Part shown: piece by piece, positions 29,102 to 39,450 of the stretch
Layout of the letters: every line of letters starts with the position of its first letter
Position numbering within the stretch: position 1 is the first letter of the stretch
Assembly: GCA_002009975.1 (NCBI GenBank)
Contig: MTLP01000032.1
Coordinates: 63,442-127,441 of the forward strand
Source of the DNA: Thermococcus sp. JdFR-02
Lineage (GTDB): Archaea > Methanobacteriota_B > Thermococci > Thermococcales > Thermococcaceae
Direction: 5' to 3'
Length of the DNA stretch: 64,000 nucleotides
Position numbers and translations under genes: made by a program
The notes under the pieces: generated by a model
What the model saw: the letters and a program-made list of their open reading frames with translations, nothing else
What the model was told of the DNA's origin: nothing
Database searches by the model: none

Positions 29102-30469
29102 CAAAAGTTTGTGAACAGAGAAAATGAACTCAAAGTCATAAGAGATAACATCAAAAAAGGAGCTTTTATAATCATTTATGGAAGGAGAAGAGTTGGAAAG
29201 ACCAGACTCATAGTTGAAGCTACTAAAGATCTCACAACTATCTACCATTTATGTATGGAAGAAGAGCTCAGCGAAGCCTTAAGAAGACTCAACTTGAAGC
29301 TTTTTGAACTCTTCAAGGACGAAAGCTTGATAAAGAAGCCAATAGCATCTTTTGAAGATTTCTTTGATTACATAGCTGACAAAGACTTAATCCTAATCTT
29401 CGACGAGTTCCCCATCTTGGTGAAGAACTATTCTAGAATCTTAGGACTTTTGCAGGAGTTTTGGGACTTCAAGAGGAAGGCTAACAACAGTATAATCCTC
29501 TGTGGTTCAAGTATCTCAATGATGGAGGAAATTCAGAGCTATAAAAGCCCTATTTACGGAAGGAGAACATTATCTCTAAAGGTTCACCCTTTAAAGTTTA
29601 AGAACCTTAGAGAATTCTTCCCAAAATACTCAACTGAAGATTTAGTAAAAACCTATGCCGTTTTGGATGGAATTCCTGAATACCTATTGCGCTTTGATCC
29701 AAACGAGGGCTTCATGGAGAATCTCACAGAGAACTTTTTTAAAAAAGGCTTTTTATATGAGGAAGCAGAGCATTTGCTTAGATATGAACTTAGAGACTTA
29801 AGCACCTATAACACAATTCTTGAAGCCATATCCTTTGGATATAGAAGTTTCTCAGAGATTAAGACCAAAACAGGCTTAGATAGTGCAAAGCTTTCAAGAT
29901 ACTTGAGCATATTGGAAAACCTTGGTCTAATCAAGAGAGAGACTCTAATAACACTCACTCAAAAAGAGAAGCTAAAGAAAAGAAACGCGTTATATCAAAT
30001 TAATGACAATTACTTCAACTTTTACTATTCGTTTATATATCCTTTTAAGGAGGAAATAGAGATTGACCTACTCGATGAGCCATTGAGGAATTTTGAGAGG
30101 AACTTTAACAGATATCTCGGCTTCATCTTTGAGAAAGTGGCTAAAGAATTCTTAATTGAGCTTAACAAACAAGAAGCCTTACCATTTAGATTCACTAAAA
30201 TTGGTAAGTGGTGGCACAAGGGTGAAGAAATTGACATTGTAGCTCTCAACGAGAGGGAGAAGAAAGCTCTCTTTGTTGAAGTCAAATGGAAAGAGCTAAA
30301 CCTCAGGGAGGCAAAAGGCATTTTGAAAGACTTAAAAAGAAAAGCAGAACTTGTAAAAGAGCTCAAAGACTACACGAAGCACTTCACTATTGTTGCTAAA
30401 CGCATCAAGGGAAAAGAAAAACTTGATACTTTGACTTTTGACCTAAAGGATTTGGAAAGTGTTCTCTGA
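29093..30469 (+). CDS. Archaeal ATPase with HTH and DUF234 PD-(D/E)XK domain
   Basis: FVNRENE, YGRRRVGKT, FDEF, GKWW...EIDIVA...FVEVKW. Confidence 0.92.
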   Translation: MIMQKFVNRENELKVIRDNIKKGAFIIIYGRRRVGKTRLIVEATKDLTTIYHLCMEEELSEALRRLNLKLFELFKDESLIKKPIASFEDFFDYIADKDLILIFDEFPILVKNYSRILGLLQEFWDFKRKANNSIILCGSSISMMEEIQSYKSPIYGRRTLSLKVHPLKFKNLREFFPKYSTEDLVKTYAVLDGIPEYLLRFDPNEGFMENLTENFFKKGFLYEEAEHLLRYELRDLSTYNTILEAISFGYRSFSEIKTKTGLDSAKLSRYLSILENLGLIKRETLITLTQKEKLKKRNALYQINDNYFNFYYSFIYPFKEEIEIDLLDEPLRNFERNFNRYLGFIFEKVAKEFLIELNKQEALPFRFTKIGKWWHKGEEIDIVALNEREKKALFVEVKWKELNLREAKGILKDLKRKAELVKELKDYTKHFTIVAKRIKGKEKLDTLTFDLKDLESVL

Positions 30470-30479
30470 GGAGATATAA

Positions 30480-31268
30480 ATGTCAAGAGAGAACTCACCA
30501 AGCAGAAAGACAACGAGCATCATGATATTTTACTTGCTCGTCTATCTAATTGTCTACGGATCGACGTTTGTTATAAACTCCTATTTGAAAACCTCTCACG
30601 TTCTTTTATATCTCACAACAACGATTGGAACTATATTAGCAGGGATGTTTTTAGTTGCTCTTCTCATATTAAAGCTAAATAACGAAAAATTAACTCCCTC
30701 AGTTTTTGGAATTAGAAGGTACAACTTAGGTAGCAGTTTTTTATTGGCTGCAGCCCTTTCAATGCCCATTTCTCTGCTCTGGCTCATAGGCATGAAAATT
30801 GTGGGTATTGATACATTATTAGTTGCTGCTAAACCCTCTTGGGTGACTTTTCCAATTTCGTTAGGAATCTTGATCTTTGCAGTTCTATTTTGGGTTTTAG
30901 TTGGCACCGTTGCTTTTGCTTTTTGGCAGGCTTTTCCCTATGAGCTCATGCATGGTATTTCTCCTAAATTTGCAATACTTTTGATAGCGATTTTATGGTC
31001 TGGACTATACAATACGCCCTTACTAACTGAAAAGCTTGATCCCGCTGACATTCTCTTCTTTGGCTTCCTGTTCACTTGGGTTTATCACAAAACAAGAAAC
31101 AGCGTAGGGATTGTGATAGCGTATCTTTTGAATGAAAATCCCTTGTGGTGGGTAATAGCGGCAATATTTGGAACAAATATCAGAATAGCATTCGTGATTT
31201 TTCTTATTTTTAGAGCCTTGATATGTGCTATATCGCTGATATTAATATTTGAGAGACTTTACCGATAA
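30480..31268 (+). CDS. Integral membrane protein, CPBP/CAAX-protease-like (degenerate)
   Basis: Multi-TM; WVYHKTRNS...IAY resembles CPBP motifs but lacks the catalytic EE/H residues. Confidence 0.5.
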   Translation: MSRENSPSRKTTSIMIFYLLVYLIVYGSTFVINSYLKTSHVLLYLTTTIGTILAGMFLVALLILKLNNEKLTPSVFGIRRYNLGSSFLLAAALSMPISLLWLIGMKIVGIDTLLVAAKPSWVTFPISLGILIFAVLFWVLVGTVAFAFWQAFPYELMHGISPKFAILLIAILWSGLYNTPLLTEKLDPADILFFGFLFTWVYHKTRNSVGIVIAYLLNENPLWWVIAAIFGTNIRIAFVIFLIFRALICAISLILIFERLYR

Positions 31269-31285
31269 GCATAAAGCTAAGCAAC

Positions 31286-32404
31286 TTGTTAGTATCTTTT
31301 AAGATGGCGAAGTGTGAACTATGTGGTTGTGAGTTTGAAGAAATTAGCAAGTCAATTGGAGTATGTGTTAACTGCCTTAGGAGAAACCCTCAAAAAGCTT
31401 TAGAAAAAGTTATAAAGTCTCATTTCAGATGGCGCGAGCTGATAAACCTACCTCCTCTTCCTCCTCAAGAAGGAGAACTTTCCTGCAAAATCTGCGTTAA
31501 TGAGTGCAAAATTCCAAGAGATGGCTCCGGCTACTGTGGTATAATATGGAACAAAGGGGGAAGGCTAACAACGATAACTGGAAGCTTTAACAAAGCTTAC
31601 CTGCATTGGTATCTTGATCCTCATCCAACCAACTGCGTTGCTGAGCCCGTTTGCCCAGAGAGAAAACATTATGGCTTTTACAATTTGGCTGTTTTCTTTG
31701 CAGGCTGTAACTTAGATTGCCTCTTTTGCCAGAACGTTCAGCACAAATACATGATAAAGGATGGGAAAGTAGACCTCCAAGAAGGCATTGTTTTAAGTTT
31801 TAATGACCTTTCAAATGTAGCGATGAGGAATAGAGTTTCCTGCATCTGCTATTTTGGAGGAGATCCAACGCCGCACAGCATCTATGCACTTAAAGTTTCG
31901 AGAGAAGTGCTAAAGCGTTCAAAAGAAGGCAATGTAACTAAAAGGATTTGCTGGGAAACAAATGGCTTGGAGAATCCAAAGATAATGAAGGAAATGGCAA
32001 AGCTTAGCCTTGAAAGTGGGGGGATTGTTAAGATTGACTGGAAAGCTTACACACCAAGCATTTACCAAGCTTTAACAGGCATAAACGGAGAAAAAGCTCT
32101 AAAGAGAGTTAAAGAGAATGCTAAACTTGTCTTAGAAATGGGTAAAGAAAGAGAACTTCCTCTTTTAGTCGTTAGCACTTTAGTTGTTCCGCACTACATT
32201 GATGAATTTGAAGTGTATAATATAGCTAAATACATAGCTGATCTAAATCCAGAGACGCCTTATGTGCTGCTGGCTTTTGCTCCCCAGCACTTAATGTATG
32301 ATGTCCCAACAACAAGCAGAAGACAGATGGAAAGTGTTTACAAAGCCGCATTAGAGGCTGGATTAAAAGAAGTTTACATTGGAAATATCTGGCTACTCAG
32401 ATAA
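31286..32404 (+). CDS. Radical SAM protein (PFL-activating-enzyme-like) with N-terminal Cys-rich region
   Basis: GCNLDCLFCQN, GGDP, WETNG. Confidence 0.88.
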   Translation: MLVSFKMAKCELCGCEFEEISKSIGVCVNCLRRNPQKALEKVIKSHFRWRELINLPPLPPQEGELSCKICVNECKIPRDGSGYCGIIWNKGGRLTTITGSFNKAYLHWYLDPHPTNCVAEPVCPERKHYGFYNLAVFFAGCNLDCLFCQNVQHKYMIKDGKVDLQEGIVLSFNDLSNVAMRNRVSCICYFGGDPTPHSIYALKVSREVLKRSKEGNVTKRICWETNGLENPKIMKEMAKLSLESGGIVKIDWKAYTPSIYQALTGINGEKALKRVKENAKLVLEMGKERELPLLVVSTLVVPHYIDEFEVYNIAKYIADLNPETPYVLLAFAPQHLMYDVPTTSRRQMESVYKAALEAGLKEVYIGNIWLLR

Positions 32405-32728
32405 TTCCTCTCCTTTTGGAACTTCGTTCCCCTGAGCTAAAATTATCAGCTCTCTTCCCTCAACGAGCATTTGAGCAACTTTCTTCCTTGCTGAGCTTAA
32501 AGCTCTCCAAATTGTTCCTCTCGAAACACCCATTCTTTTTCCAGCCTCTTCTTGCGTTAAGCCCTCATAATCCACCAATCTTAAAGCCTCAAACTCCTCA
32601 TAACTCATAAAAATCGGTGGTTGAGGAGGTCCAATAGGTGGGCGGGCTGGATAAAAGTGCTTAATTTCTGGAATAAGACCTATGAAGCGTCGCTTTCTTC
32701 TCCTTCCTCTACCTCTTCCCCAAGGCAT
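32393..32728 (-). CDS. DUF134 HTH DNA-binding protein
   Basis: EEFEALRLVDYEGLTQEEAGKRMGVSRGT...SARKKVA; start MPWGRG. Confidence 0.9.
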   Translation of the reverse strand: MPWGRGRGRRRKRRFIGLIPEIKHFYPARPPIGPPQPPIFMSYEEFEALRLVDYEGLTQEEAGKRMGVSRGTIWRALSSARKKVAQMLVEGRELIILAQGNEVPKGEELSE

Positions 32729-32853
32729 TTTAACACCTAAATTAAACTTTCGGAGGTTTAGTTTATAGGGTTTTGCCCTCACCTCAACCTTAACCTGAGT
32801 CTTTCTGTAGTATGGAAGCAACGCGATAAGTAAATTTATGAAGCATCGGAAAC

Positions 32854-33438
32854 ATGAAAATATTCGGGATGATGAGATTGAGCAGGACATTCAATCCAAA
32901 ACATAAGCATGTTCTAGAAAGCTCCGAGAGAAAAGCAATACAACCTCAAGAACCATTAATTGAGGTCATCATGAAAGAGATAGGTAATAGGGGTTCAGCT
33001 ATTGACTTTGGTGCAGGGACTGGATATTACACCATTCACTTAGCCAAAATCTTCGAAAAAGTTTATGCTGTGGATCTAAGCTGGGAAATGCTGGAAATCC
33101 TCAAAGAAAAGCTTGAAAAGGAGGGAATTACAAACGTTGAGCTTATCCAAAGCAGTTCCTTACCAAATATAAAATCTGATCTAATCTTTCTCTCAAATGT
33201 TCTCCATGAACTCTCCAATCCTATGAAACTTCTGAAAAAAGCATCGAAGTTAGGAAAGTATATTTTAATCGTTGACTGGAAGAAGGAAAAAACTCCTTTT
33301 GGACCACCGTATGAGCACAGAATCAGCAAGAAAGAAGCAGTAAAGATGATGAGCGAGTTCTTTAGAGTTGAAAGTTTTGAAATTTACAACCATCACTATG
33401 TTCTTTTAGGGCAAAGCAAATTAGAGGATAATCCTTGA
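32854..33438 (+). CDS. Class I SAM-dependent methyltransferase
   Basis: IDFGAGTGY, YAVD, NVLHE, VDWKK...GPP. Confidence 0.88.
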   Translation: MKIFGMMRLSRTFNPKHKHVLESSERKAIQPQEPLIEVIMKEIGNRGSAIDFGAGTGYYTIHLAKIFEKVYAVDLSWEMLEILKEKLEKEGITNVELIQSSSLPNIKSDLIFLSNVLHELSNPMKLLKKASKLGKYILIVDWKKEKTPFGPPYEHRISKKEAVKMMSEFFRVESFEIYNHHYVLLGQSKLEDNP

Positions 33439-34047
33439 AGATGATGGAATTCCGAACTTTCTCCAAAATATCAGCGCATAAGTCCAGAAAACTATTCCCA
33501 ATACGCCAATAAGCTCTGGAATTGCAACGCCTTTAAACACACGTATCGCCCAGAGTGCTAGAATCCAAACAATCAGAAAGTCAAGCACAGTGAAGATTCC
33601 AAACTTTCTCGTCTCTACTTTCATAAGTGCATCAATTCCAATGATCAAGATTCCAAAGCCCGTTAAGAGGAAGAATCCCAGGCTAACATTGTTGTGTGGT
33701 GGAGTTCCCTCTGGAAAGACTCCTATTAAAATTAGCGAGACTAATCCCGCAGCGAAGACACATGCACCAAGCTTTTTAAGGATGCTTTCACTCTCTTTGA
33801 GCAAACCATAGGCAAAGAACACACCCAGAATGCCTGCTAAGATTAAGCTCATGTTTAAAATGTAGTTCTTTTCCAAGCCAAGCCTTCCAAGGTCGCTTAT
33901 GGCGTTATTTTGAAAGGAAAACCAAGAAGAGTGAATTATAACAGCCAATGTAACTCCACTGAGACCAACCAAAGGTGCTAGAAGTCCAGCATAGAGGTAT
34001 TTGCGCTCCATAATGTTCATCAATTTATCTATACTCTCATCCTTCAT
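33421..34047 (-). CDS. DUF998 membrane protein
   Basis: WFSFQNNAISDLG, LIGVFPE...H, AIPE. Confidence 0.8.
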   Translation of the reverse strand: MKDESIDKLMNIMERKYLYAGLLAPLVGLSGVTLAVIIHSSWFSFQNNAISDLGRLGLEKNYILNMSLILAGILGVFFAYGLLKESESILKKLGACVFAAGLVSLILIGVFPEGTPPHNNVSLGFFLLTGFGILIIGIDALMKVETRKFGIFTVLDFLIVWILALWAIRVFKGVAIPELIGVLGIVFWTYALIFWRKFGIPSSSRIIL

Positions 34048-34131
34048 TAGTCTTTTGTTCTCCCATCGATAAAATAGCTAGTACAAAAAGAAAAACTATG
34101 TGGTCTTTTCGTAATATGCTATTGAAAAGTC

Positions 34132-34440
34132 TCACTTTTCGTAGAACACCTGATACATCTGCACGTACTTCTCCTTTTCCAGCAGAAATTCATCGTCTTC
34201 TGGATAATACTTTGCAAGTTCGGGCTCATCGCCCGCGAACTTTTTAATTGACTCCATTGAGTCCCAGATAGTTACGAGAAGGAAATGAGCCACTTTGCCC
34301 TCATCTTTTCGTGTGAAATATAGTTTTAGTAAACCATCAACAGAACTATAATCCGGCACTACCCTTTCAATCAAGAACCTCTCGTAATCATCTGCTTTCT
34401 CAATAGGAACTCTCCCGTGCCACAACCTCATAATTGCCAA
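34132..34440 (-). CDS. Antibiotic-biosynthesis-monooxygenase-like domain protein
   Basis: RLWHG...TIWDSMESIKKFAG...AKYYPED. Confidence 0.75.
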   Translation of the reverse strand: MAIMRLWHGRVPIEKADDYERFLIERVVPDYSSVDGLLKLYFTRKDEGKVAHFLLVTIWDSMESIKKFAGDEPELAKYYPEDDEFLLEKEKYVQMYQVFYEK

Positions 34441-34544
34441 AATACCACATCTCTTTACTTTATAAACATTACATGATATATGAACATTGTGCATTCAAAT
34501 AATTAGGATTGATAAATTGGAGTTCTGATGATTTTACCATCCAA

Positions 34545-35507
34545 TCATACTTTCAATGCCCATTTAGCACTTTTCCAAAAGCTGATTATCCCTATACCGC
34601 TTCCCACAAGCCAAAGAACGGCGAATATAACGAACTTGAGCTCATGAAATTGCACTTCAAGGATTGAGAACAACACTGCCGAGATCGTGAAAATGAGAGA
34701 AAGGACAAACAGCTGATAAAAATCAAGCTCACACTCAAGTCTTTCTATGTCTTCTCTCTTTGACCTCTTCAGTGCTCTGTAGATTAAACAGAATGTCAAA
34801 GCATAGAGTAACCAGATAACAGCCTGAGGCCCTATTTCTGGTATTGCTGCTGGATTTATCCCAAAACCTAAAACTCCGTAGTATAACAGCAACACCGGAA
34901 TTAAGAACTTAAGCTCCCTCTTTGTAGGAAGAAGTTCTTCCATATCACCGTCTCTACCGAATTTTTGCCTCCAAATGTAGATTAAAAGAAGAATAACTCC
35001 AAGCGTACTTACAGCAGATGTGAAAGATGCAAATGGTGATGGAGAGTTAGAGCTTTCGAGCATCCCAAATATAAAGGCAAAAAAGTAGGGTCTTTTGAGT
35101 AGTGTGCTTGGCAACACCTTCCTCTTAGATGTTAGCAGTTCAGCAACGCCTATAGGGAGTATAAAGGACATAAATGGGTGCCAGAAGAGTACTATTACAA
35201 GAACCTCAAAGATGCCTATGCCTCCAACGTGAATTGGCGACTCCCACTCGGGATTCCACACGACTTTGGTTATGTATGCCTCGTAGAGTCCAAAAATAAC
35301 ACCTGCTAAGTAGAGTGTTTCGAATCTTGGTTTCCCAAAGCGGTAAACAATTGAACCTAAAATTAGAGTGTGGAGTCCATAGAGGGGAAGAATTACAAGT
35401 AGTCCCCAGAAAGTAAAGAAAGGATAAAGAGTTGCTCCTATCGTAACTTCACCAAAGAAAGCTGAGAATGAAGCAATGATGAGCCAGAAAAAAGCCCTTC
35501 TCACCAT
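34545..35507 (-). CDS. Hypothetical polytopic membrane protein
   Basis: Many TM segments; GLYEAYITKVVW...FWHP. Confidence 0.7.
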   Translation of the reverse strand: MVRRAFFWLIIASFSAFFGEVTIGATLYPFFTFWGLLVILPLYGLHTLILGSIVYRFGKPRFETLYLAGVIFGLYEAYITKVVWNPEWESPIHVGGIGIFEVLVIVLFWHPFMSFILPIGVAELLTSKRKVLPSTLLKRPYFFAFIFGMLESSNSPSPFASFTSAVSTLGVILLLIYIWRQKFGRDGDMEELLPTKRELKFLIPVLLLYYGVLGFGINPAAIPEIGPQAVIWLLYALTFCLIYRALKRSKREDIERLECELDFYQLFVLSLIFTISAVLFSILEVQFHELKFVIFAVLWLVGSGIGIISFWKSAKWALKV

Positions 35508-35699
35508 TTCACCTCCACAACTCACCAACTCTTTTTTCAAGCCACCTCTTCTTTTTACTTTATGAGTTTTGACATATAAGAGGGTTATGGGTGTGAGAGT
35601 AGGACAAGGATAAAAATGAAACAATATGCAATTCTACTCTCCGACTGCTTTCTGTGCGATAAACAGTACAATTTTGGAATAGTGTTCCATTTCATGCAT

Positions 35700-35736
35700 T
35701 TTTTCTCGTCCTGAGAGGCGAGGCTTTCAGAAGAGT
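35700..35736. mobile_element. Possible isolated IS200/IS605-family end hairpin
   Basis: CTCGTC-CTGAGA-GGCGAG hairpin followed by GCTTTCAGAAGAG; no transposase nearby. Confidence 0.35.
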
Positions 35737-35748
35737 AATTATTGAGAA

Positions 35749-36333
35749 TTATAATAATTGTGGATTTTTCACTTTATATCTTGGTGATTGCAGAGGATTT
35801 ACAAGTTTTATTTTGTGTGAACGGGTTATCCTAACAAGTTCTTCAATAGCACTTATCAGTTGAACGGATGCTTTTTTAGATTCATCCCAAGGCTCTGAGA
35901 TAATAACCTCAAGTTGAATTGTTTCTTCACCTGAGCTTTTGATATCTTGGAGAATTGCCTCTTCTTGAGATGGAGATGGATAAAAATTGTGTGTAAAGTC
36001 TTTTCCTCCGTATATTTGAATCTGTGGGAATTTCTTAATGACTTCTTTCAAAAATTCTGCGGAAATCGATGAGACTTCTATAGCCATTACAAAATAAAGA
36101 CCATCAAGTGTATATCCAACAACTCCATAAGGAAACCCAAATTCAGGTGTTGGATAATGTGCTGGCTCAAATTTACCATCAATAAGGATATAATTCTCAA
36201 TTCCATACACTAATGGTCCTACAGAATATCCTTGTTCTGCAAGTTGTTTTCGTACATCTTCTGTGGTTTCCCACATTAAGTTAAATAATTGATGAATGCT
36301 TTTTTTGTGCTCCTTAACAAATTTAGTAAACAT
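35749..36333 (-). CDS. DUF3201-like protein
   Basis: IH..FN.MWE, YILIDG.F...HYPTPEF, VGYT, IYGG.DF..NFY. Confidence 0.55.
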   Translation of the reverse strand: MFTKFVKEHKKSIHQLFNLMWETTEDVRKQLAEQGYSVGPLVYGIENYILIDGKFEPAHYPTPEFGFPYGVVGYTLDGLYFVMAIEVSSISAEFLKEVIKKFPQIQIYGGKDFTHNFYPSPSQEEAILQDIKSSGEETIQLEVIISEPWDESKKASVQLISAIEELVRITRSHKIKLVNPLQSPRYKVKNPQLL

Positions 36334-36551
36334 TTGGCATATCCCCTTTGTTCTAATTCTTGTTGCCTCTTTATCAATATAATTTTCCTCATTTGGTTTT
36401 TACCTAAGATTTGGTGGTAAAATAATAATGGCTCCCCAAAACACAGACTTCCTTTCCTTTAACGTCTCTTCATAGACTTTTCTCCATATTTTTCTACCCT
36501 CTTTTGTTAGCCTTGTGATATTTGTTCATGAAACACCTTAAACAATCCCCT

Positions 36552-37454
36552 TCAAATAGGTAATCTGCCAAACTCAACCTCTAAGGTTTGTGTAGTTCTC
36601 CATATAAACGCTCCCTCTCCCTTAAGAACATGCTTTCTCATATCTCCCTGTGGAACACCGTTTGCTTCATAAATCATGCTCTGCATGTCCGGATCGTTGT
36701 AAAGTACAAGTGTTGGACCGGGGGTGTTGAGAAGATTCTCCACAACGTACCTAGTTCCTAAAAGGGTGACTCTTCCCCTCATCGGCTGGGTCAACAGTGG
36801 AATAGCGGCGCTTCCAGGAGTTGTGTAGAACAGAACTGCAGCATCGTCAATTCCAATTAGGGTATTTCTTCTATCTCTCACCGCCGCTGCAAGAATCAAA
36901 AATGCCATTCCCACTAATGTTATGCTGTAAGCATTGCCAAAGTCCACTAAAATACTCTTTCCAAGCTCTGGAGGTTCACCTTTAAAGAAGACCTCATCCA
37001 GAAAAGTGTAGCTCTCCCGTATTACCTCTCCATAATGCGCCTTAGATGTAGCAACCTCTGAGGTGCTTTTAATCTTGCCCGCCAGTATATCTGAGTAAAG
37101 TTTATCCGTGAGCGATCGATCCAGTCCATAAATTGTTTGAATTATTGTTGCCGCAGTGTAGAAATCCTTTATCAGCCCTTTAGCCACCATTTTTATAGGA
37201 TCCAAACCTGTTTCTTTATTGTCCTCTATCTTTATTACAGTATCAAACTTCTCTTTGGGATGTTTTCCCCTTGTGTCAAAGAAGATCAGACCATAACCCT
37301 TCTCCAAGAACTTGTCTCCAATATAGTCTATGATTTTGGTGGGGTCATCATCGATGCCAAAAATCTTCAGTGTTCTACCGTGATAGGCAGGATCATAGTA
37401 TATCTCCTTTTCTTCGTACTCCAGAATTTTTACAGCAAGTTTGCTGTATTTCAT
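36552..37454 (-). CDS. Degenerate VirB4/HerA-like ATPase-fold protein
   Basis: Strand-G(IDDDPT) where Walker A is expected, IFFDTRG, GLDP, IGIDDA Walker-B-like. Confidence 0.5.
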   Translation of the reverse strand: MKYSKLAVKILEYEEKEIYYDPAYHGRTLKIFGIDDDPTKIIDYIGDKFLEKGYGLIFFDTRGKHPKEKFDTVIKIEDNKETGLDPIKMVAKGLIKDFYTAATIIQTIYGLDRSLTDKLYSDILAGKIKSTSEVATSKAHYGEVIRESYTFLDEVFFKGEPPELGKSILVDFGNAYSITLVGMAFLILAAAVRDRRNTLIGIDDAAVLFYTTPGSAAIPLLTQPMRGRVTLLGTRYVVENLLNTPGPTLVLYNDPDMQSMIYEANGVPQGDMRKHVLKGEGAFIWRTTQTLEVEFGRLPI

Positions 37455-37565
37455 AAAGTCTCACCAAGTTTTCATATGACATATGAAGTATAAACAGTTT
37501 TTCATTAACTTCATCACGTCACTTTCAAGAGTTACTTCTTAATTCTGGTATAAAAAAGAAAAACA

Positions 37566-38354
37566 TCAAAATACAGAGTTTAATCTCCCACCATCAACGG
37601 GTATCATTGCACCATTTATGTACGAGCCGTATTCACTTGCCAAGAAAGCCACGAGATAGCCAATTTCTTCTGGCTCTCCCAAACGACCAAGGGGTATAGA
37701 CTTAGTATATTCGCTTAATGCTTCCTCGAGTGTTTTTCCTTCCCTTACTGCTCTATCCTTTGCTAATTGTACTACCCTATCCGTTCTTATTATACCCGGC
37801 AGTATGCCATTTACGGTTATTCCATATTTTCCAACTTCTTTGGCTAAAGTTTTCACAAGCCCAGCCATTGATATTCTAACAACGTTGCTTAATGCTATGT
37901 TTGGAATTGGCTCTTTTATGGCAACACTTGTAGAATAAATTATTCTCCCCCATTTTTTCTCAATCATTTTTGGCAAAAGTGCTTTTGTTAGGTAAACAGC
38001 GGGATAGAGAAGTAAGTTTACAGCTTTTTCCCAATCCTCCATTCCCATCTCCATAAAGTACCCGGGTTTAGGACCTCCAGTTGAGAAGAAGAAAATATCT
38101 ATATCTCCAATATCTGCTATTTCTTTCACGCTTTTCTCTAAATCTTTCCTCTTTGTTAGGTCTGCGACAATATAAAAGGGCTTTCTTCCAGTAAGCTCTT
38201 TAATCCTTGCTTGAGCTCTCTTCAAGTTTTCCTCGCTTCTTGAAAGTAGTATAACATCAGCCCCAGCCATTGCTAAAACTTTTGCAACACCAAAGCCAAT
38301 CCCTTTAGAAGAAGCAGTTGTAAAAGCTAACTTTCCATTAAGTCTTATCTCCAT
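37566..38354 (-). CDS. SDR-family oxidoreductase
   Basis: TASSKGIG, TGGPKPG, NGILPG, PLGRLG, VDGG. Confidence 0.92.
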   Translation of the reverse strand: MEIRLNGKLAFTTASSKGIGFGVAKVLAMAGADVILLSRSEENLKRAQARIKELTGRKPFYIVADLTKRKDLEKSVKEIADIGDIDIFFFSTGGPKPGYFMEMGMEDWEKAVNLLLYPAVYLTKALLPKMIEKKWGRIIYSTSVAIKEPIPNIALSNVVRISMAGLVKTLAKEVGKYGITVNGILPGIIRTDRVVQLAKDRAVREGKTLEEALSEYTKSIPLGRLGEPEEIGYLVAFLASEYGSYINGAMIPVDGGRLNSVF

Positions 38355-38406
38355 AATATCACCAATAAAATTTCATTCTTAAAGAATTATAAAGTTTTCA
38401 CAACCA

Positions 38407-39381
38407 TTATTTCCTCGAAGAGTTTCTACTGGGTAATTTCCTCATGTAGAACCTTTTCCCTTCATACTCAAGTTCAATAAGCTTTCCCTCATTCAAAAGC
38501 TTTTCAACGATTCTCCAATCAACATTTGCTTTCCTTAAAAGTTCCTTCACAGCCTCTTCTCTCATCGGATGGACGCTTGTAATACTTAACAAGTCTTCTT
38601 CAATGTTTCCCGTAAAAGTGAAGGCATTTCCTTCGTAGCCAATTAAATATTCAACTCTATCAACGACTTTTGCAAAAGTTTGAAATGCTTGGTTGATAAT
38701 TTCTTCTTTTGCTGGCTTAACCCATTTTTCCGTTGGGGGTCTAGTGGGAATTGAGATATACGCTATATCGGGCTTTAACTCTTTCAAGAATTCTGCTATC
38801 TTCCCAAACTCATCTCCATAATTTATTCCATCAATTAGCATAGTTTCCGTTACAAGTTTACCTTTGAACTCTTTTCTAAACTCTATCATGCTCTCCAAAA
38901 TCATATCAAGCCTCAGACTTTTATGAGGTCTGTCTATTTTTCTCCACAGCTCTTCACTAACAGCATCAATCTTTAAAGAGACAAAATTAAACCTTAGTAA
39001 CTCTTCTCTAACATCATCACGCCAGATTAGAGAGGAGTTCGTTAAAATTGCAAGGGGAATTTCAAGTTCTTTTAAAAGCTCAGCCTCCTTTCCAAGGTTT
39101 ACATCCAATGTTGGTTCACCATCTGGAACAAAGGTAATATAGTCAATTCTCTCATTCCTTGCCTTTGCTTCTTCAACTTTTTTCTTAACATCTTTAAAAA
39201 TAACTTCTGGCTTATAGAACTCTTTCCTTTTAACCTCCATCCTTAGGGTCTTCCCAACTTGACAATAAACACAAGCATAAGAACAAAACTTGTCGGGAAT
39301 GTTGTTTACTCCAAGACTTTTTCCAAGTCTGCGAGAAGGAACAGGACCAAAGGCAATTAAAGTTTTCATGATGAGCACCAA
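38407..39381 (-). CDS. Radical SAM Fe-S oxidoreductase (COG0731-like)
   Basis: FGPVPSRRLGKSLG, CSYACVYC, GEPT. Confidence 0.9.
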   Translation of the reverse strand: MVLIMKTLIAFGPVPSRRLGKSLGVNNIPDKFCSYACVYCQVGKTLRMEVKRKEFYKPEVIFKDVKKKVEEAKARNERIDYITFVPDGEPTLDVNLGKEAELLKELEIPLAILTNSSLIWRDDVREELLRFNFVSLKIDAVSEELWRKIDRPHKSLRLDMILESMIEFRKEFKGKLVTETMLIDGINYGDEFGKIAEFLKELKPDIAYISIPTRPPTEKWVKPAKEEIINQAFQTFAKVVDRVEYLIGYEGNAFTFTGNIEEDLLSITSVHPMREEAVKELLRKANVDWRIVEKLLNEGKLIELEYEGKRFYMRKLPSRNSSRK

Positions 39382-39383
39382 AA

Positions 39384-39397
39384 TTAGGTTAATCTAA
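39384..39397. promoter_or_regulatory. TTAGG-N4-(C/T)CTAA box (DtxR-like)
   Basis: TTAGGTTAATCTAA between the TATA and the start of the radical SAM gene. Confidence 0.6.
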
Positions 39398-39450
39398 CAC
39401 TCTTTAAGGTTTTTGTTTCAATTATTACCCTTTCAACTCAATTCTTCGCT

